A DNA stretch of 50,705 nucleotides from a virus (Duplodnaviria > Caudoviricetes), in the IMG/VR virus record IMGVR_UViG_3300025769_000013, positions 1 through 50,705 of that record; one strand, given 5' to 3'. How positions within the stretch are numbered: the stretch's first letter is position 1; the number at the start of each line of letters is the position of its first letter. Position numbers and translations under genes: made by a program. Below the pieces are notes generated by a model. It saw only the letters and a list, made by a program, of their open reading frames with translations. It had not been told where the DNA came from and did not search any database. Below, in pieces: positions 47,954 through 50,705 of the stretch.

Positions 47954-48039
47954 TGGCACCGGGAGCAGCGTGGGCTGCGGGGCTTTATTGCTTTGGAGAG
48001 ACAAAGATGATAAGAAAACTCTCCGTTACTCCCGGTGCC
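47954..48039 (-). ncRNA. candidate small RNA with long acceptor-like stem and 3' CCA
   Basis: GGCACCGGGAGTAACG/CGCTGCTCCCGGTGCC-A stem; inner GGAGAG/CTCTCC hairpin. Confidence 0.6.
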
Positions 48040-48118
48040 TGCCATGTCACTATACCTGCACGGTGGCTAAATTGTGTATATACGTTAAGGTGGACTGCCT
48101 GATCTTTGATGCAGGGAT

Positions 48119-48409
48119 CTAAAAGTTCAGGTGACTGAGTTTGCGGGTGGAGGTGGTTTCGATCTTTTCGAGAAGTTCATCACCTTCGCCTTCGTGGATC
48201 TTGGCACCTTCGAGAAGGGCCTGGGCGTCTTTCTTGGCCTGACGGCGAGCTGAGACGAACGTCTTAGGCACTACCGTCACCACACCATTCTCGGTGCGGA
48301 TGTGCTTCGGACGATGACGTCTGACGCGGTCCTGGTAGACCGCTTTGTTTCCCGCCAGTAGACGGGTCTGTAATTCTCTCCGTTGCCGGAGACGATTGGA
48401 TTTGCTCAT
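48119..48409 (-). CDS. Arg-rich basic early protein
   Basis: MSKSNRLRQRRELQTRLLAGN N-terminus. Confidence 0.7.
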   Translation of the reverse strand: MSKSNRLRQRRELQTRLLAGNKAVYQDRVRRHRPKHIRTENGVVTVVPKTFVSARRQAKKDAQALLEGAKIHEGEGDELLEKIETTSTRKLSHLNF

Positions 48410-48428
48410 TGGGTTATTGGGTTTGGGT

Positions 48429-48527
48429 TTACTTCAAAAGTTCTTGCAGAATGACGATAACGATGGTCAGGAATGGGGTCGCAATCGCTAGGGTCACTGT
48501 GGCGTGAAAGTAGATTGGGTCTTTCAT
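48429..48527 (-). CDS. 32-aa membrane peptide
   Basis: MKDPIYFHATVTLAIATPFLTIVIVILQELLK; ATGA overlap with upstream gene. Confidence 0.55.
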   Translation of the reverse strand: MKDPIYFHATVTLAIATPFLTIVIVILQELLK

Positions 48528-48664
48528 CGTTTGCGGCTCCATCTATCTGCGGCTTGATCTGATCTCCAGCTACGGCCTTTACCGTAGAGGTGACGTTGGA
48601 TCTCCGCTACACGTTCCTGGTAGTCCAGGAGCTCGTTGATCTTCTTTTGCTCTTCCTGGGTCAT
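48524..48664 (-). CDS. hypothetical protein
   Basis: AGGAG RBS, ATGA overlap. Confidence 0.6.
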   Translation of the reverse strand: MTQEEQKKINELLDYQERVAEIQRHLYGKGRSWRSDQAADRWSRKR

Positions 48665-49107
48665 GACTGAGTCTCCTGAGCGAAGTGAGCTTTGAAGTGG
48701 GGCAGTGCTTCCTGGCATTTCCTTACACCGTAGGTCCTACCAATAGTGTCTTTGAGGAGTTGGCGAAATGACTGAATCTCTAAAGGGACATTTGATTCTA
48801 ATTCGCCCTCCACTTCTTTTGGGACTTCAGTACCTTGGAGTTGTATCCAGTATTGCCCATTGGATCCTTTGGGCTTTCCAATAATGAAATCTCCTTTTGC
48901 CGCTATGTCGGCAAGCATCGCCTTAATCTTTGGGCGACTCAACTGCCTGCTCTTCAGGTCGGCAGGGATTAAGCTTTTCATCCCCCATGCTGAGGTCTTG
49001 AAAAACAACTCATCAGGATGTTGTTCTTTTAGATTCGCATAGACCTTCCCCAGGTCTGCTTTGAATGTCATTAGTTCCTGATTAGTATATATTCCCTGTT
49101 CACTCAT
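48661..49107 (-). CDS. hypothetical protein
   Basis: 148-aa ORF, second gene of early operon. Confidence 0.75.
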   Translation of the reverse strand: MSEQGIYTNQELMTFKADLGKVYANLKEQHPDELFFKTSAWGMKSLIPADLKSRQLSRPKIKAMLADIAAKGDFIIGKPKGSNGQYWIQLQGTEVPKEVEGELESNVPLEIQSFRQLLKDTIGRTYGVRKCQEALPHFKAHFAQETQS

Positions 49108-49108
49108 A

Positions 49109-49321
49109 TTACTTTCCTAACTTGCTGCTCTTTCTTGGTTTCCGGTTTTTTGCCTTCTCTCTACGATCAAGACTGGAAGTTACTAGTTCCTGCATAAATT
49201 GAGATCTGGAGATGCCCAAATCAAAACAAAGGTCATTCAGTTTTGTTATCGTCTCAGGTTTAAATGTCACTGATATGGAACGAGACTGAGTGAACGGATC
49301 TTTTAATATTTTCCTTGGCAT
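49109..49321 (-). CDS. ribbon-helix-helix (CopG/Arc-like) regulator, Cro position
   Basis: SISVTFKPETITKLNDLCFDLGISRSQFMQELV. Confidence 0.85.
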   Translation of the reverse strand: MPRKILKDPFTQSRSISVTFKPETITKLNDLCFDLGISRSQFMQELVTSSLDRREKAKNRKPRKSSKLGK

Positions 49322-49500
49322 GTTTAAAAAGCTGGCAAGTTAGCTTTCTAACATCAAGCACTTTTTTAGAAAAATGAAAAATGGTTCATTTTGCAGCTTG
49401 CATTCCGCATGAATACAGTGCATATTGGAGTGCCCTGTTCGATAATCCCCTACTCAAAATGAGGCGTCTTGACTCCTTTTTCGTAACAGGAAACCTAGTT

Positions 49501-50088
49501 ATGACCGAAGAATTAAAAAATAAATCAGGCAGTAGAAATACTTCCGTAAGTCTTGAGAATGAAGTTTTTGATTGGCTCGATACCCAGGGTGAGAAGTATG
49601 GGATCAATCGATCCAAACTCATAAATGATATTATCAGAGAGAGGATTCGTCGCCGACCATCGGGTTTGAATCATGATATTGAGTGGATACTTGATAACAA
49701 AGTTAACTACCACAAGTTGGCATTTGGAACCGACTGTAAGTTTCATTACAAGTTAGAAGACTGCCCGGAGTATGGTGATTTCTCCACTGCATATTCGATC
49801 ACCCTGGATGATGAACCTCCACTTGCGTATGTTCTCGCAGCAGAAGACACCAGGGAGACCCTGAAGGATCTATTCGCTGACTCCGTAATGTTCTACATGG
49901 AGAAGGTTACACCAATAATCCTGGTGATCCCCTATCGAATGGATCCAAGTCATAAGATTTGGGAGTTACTCAGTAAGCATGAGGGAATCATTGTCACCAC
50001 CCCAGAGGACCTGGTTGATCATATTGAAGTAATTATGTCTGGATTGCCAGAGGATTGGAACCACCCCCGCGTCCCCCTGGATCTCTAA
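49501..50088 (+). CDS. ribbon-helix-helix regulator with extra C-terminal domain, repressor position
   Basis: NTSVSLENEVFDWLDTQGEKYGINRSKLINDII; divergent from 49109-49321. Confidence 0.8.
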   Translation: MTEELKNKSGSRNTSVSLENEVFDWLDTQGEKYGINRSKLINDIIRERIRRRPSGLNHDIEWILDNKVNYHKLAFGTDCKFHYKLEDCPEYGDFSTAYSITLDDEPPLAYVLAAEDTRETLKDLFADSVMFYMEKVTPIILVIPYRMDPSHKIWELLSKHEGIIVTTPEDLVDHIEVIMSGLPEDWNHPRVPLDL

Positions 50089-50578
50089 GGGTCTCATCTA
50101 CGCCTGATCGAGTGCATGAAATGCCCAGATGACCTGTGTGCAGGTCATGCGGTCATGCACCCGCGATCGCCCATACATGCGAGGGTTTCTAAATTTCGAA
50201 AGGGGCTCAGTTCCTTCGCACACCATGCCTATACATCATCCATGACGCCCCTGGATGAGTGCATAGTACGGTCATAGTCCGAATGCGTGCGAGATCATGT
50301 ATGCCTACATGCATGCGTATATATGATGCACACCCCATCATCCCCAGGATCACCATGCATCAGGTACATAGGCAGATGATGATCGCGTCATGCATCCCCG
50401 CCCCTTTCCTTCGAGAGAACTACGTTCTCTCTCGAAAAGGAAGCAAGAAGCGGACAAATCCACCAGCCTAACGGCGTGGATTGTCCTACAAAGGGAAGGA
50501 AAGGAAGTTTCTTGATCGGGTTTTGATCCATTTCCAAAATAGAAATAGTTCGAGTCCCAGAACCCCAGTAGTCGAAGA

Positions 50579-50705
50579 CCAGTAGCTCCAGAACTACAGC
50601 AGCAGAACCAGGAGGACAGGGGCAGAGGAAACCACAACAGAAGAAGAGGCAACCAAAGGGAACCCCAGAGGAATCCCTTTAGGATTGTGGCGTAGTCAGA
50701 AGACC
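50579..50705. repeat. second copy of 127-bp terminal repeat
   Basis: Identical to 1-127. Confidence 0.93.

Noticed and set aside
47954-48039. Canonical tRNA
   Set aside because: Has a long stem and CCA but no TTCG T-loop or 7-nt anticodon loop
48048-48118. Further clamped RNA (CCTGCA/TGCAGG)
   Set aside because: Only a 6-bp clamp and no clear target; too weak to call

Overview
The window is an apparently complete, circularly assembled ~50.6 kb temperate tailed phage genome; bases 1-127 repeat at 50579-50705, the signature of an assembly overlap. It has a podovirus-like layout. The + strand carries a probable small terminase, a G-rich block of small genes including a DnaA domain-IV homolog, an atypical tRNA(CAU), an intein-containing large terminase, portal, scaffold, major capsid, LamG-type fibre, a lysis-like trio with no recognisable endolysin, adaptor/nozzle, ejection proteins and a ~2940-aa polyvalent protein. 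An attP (3' part of tRNA-Arg(CCG) with seven arm-type repeats) lies between a serine recombinase and a tyrosine integrase. The - strand carries a replication/recombination operon (primase-helicase, SF2 helicase, DUF669 SSB, Sak4-like protein, RusA, Xis-like HTH) headed by a divergent pair of ribbon-helix-helix regulators. The most striking signals are: (1) effector cassettes in the giant protein, bounded by a repeated [YF][HFY]PG junction and lying downstream of a zincin peptidase; (2) several GC-clamped, large-loop intergenic RNAs whose loops read antisense to translation starts, one with a perfect 13-nt match to the start of a phage early gene and placed directly before the odd tRNA; (3) a pseudoknotted, switch-like capsid leader. 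All family assignments are by-eye motif recognition; no searches were run.
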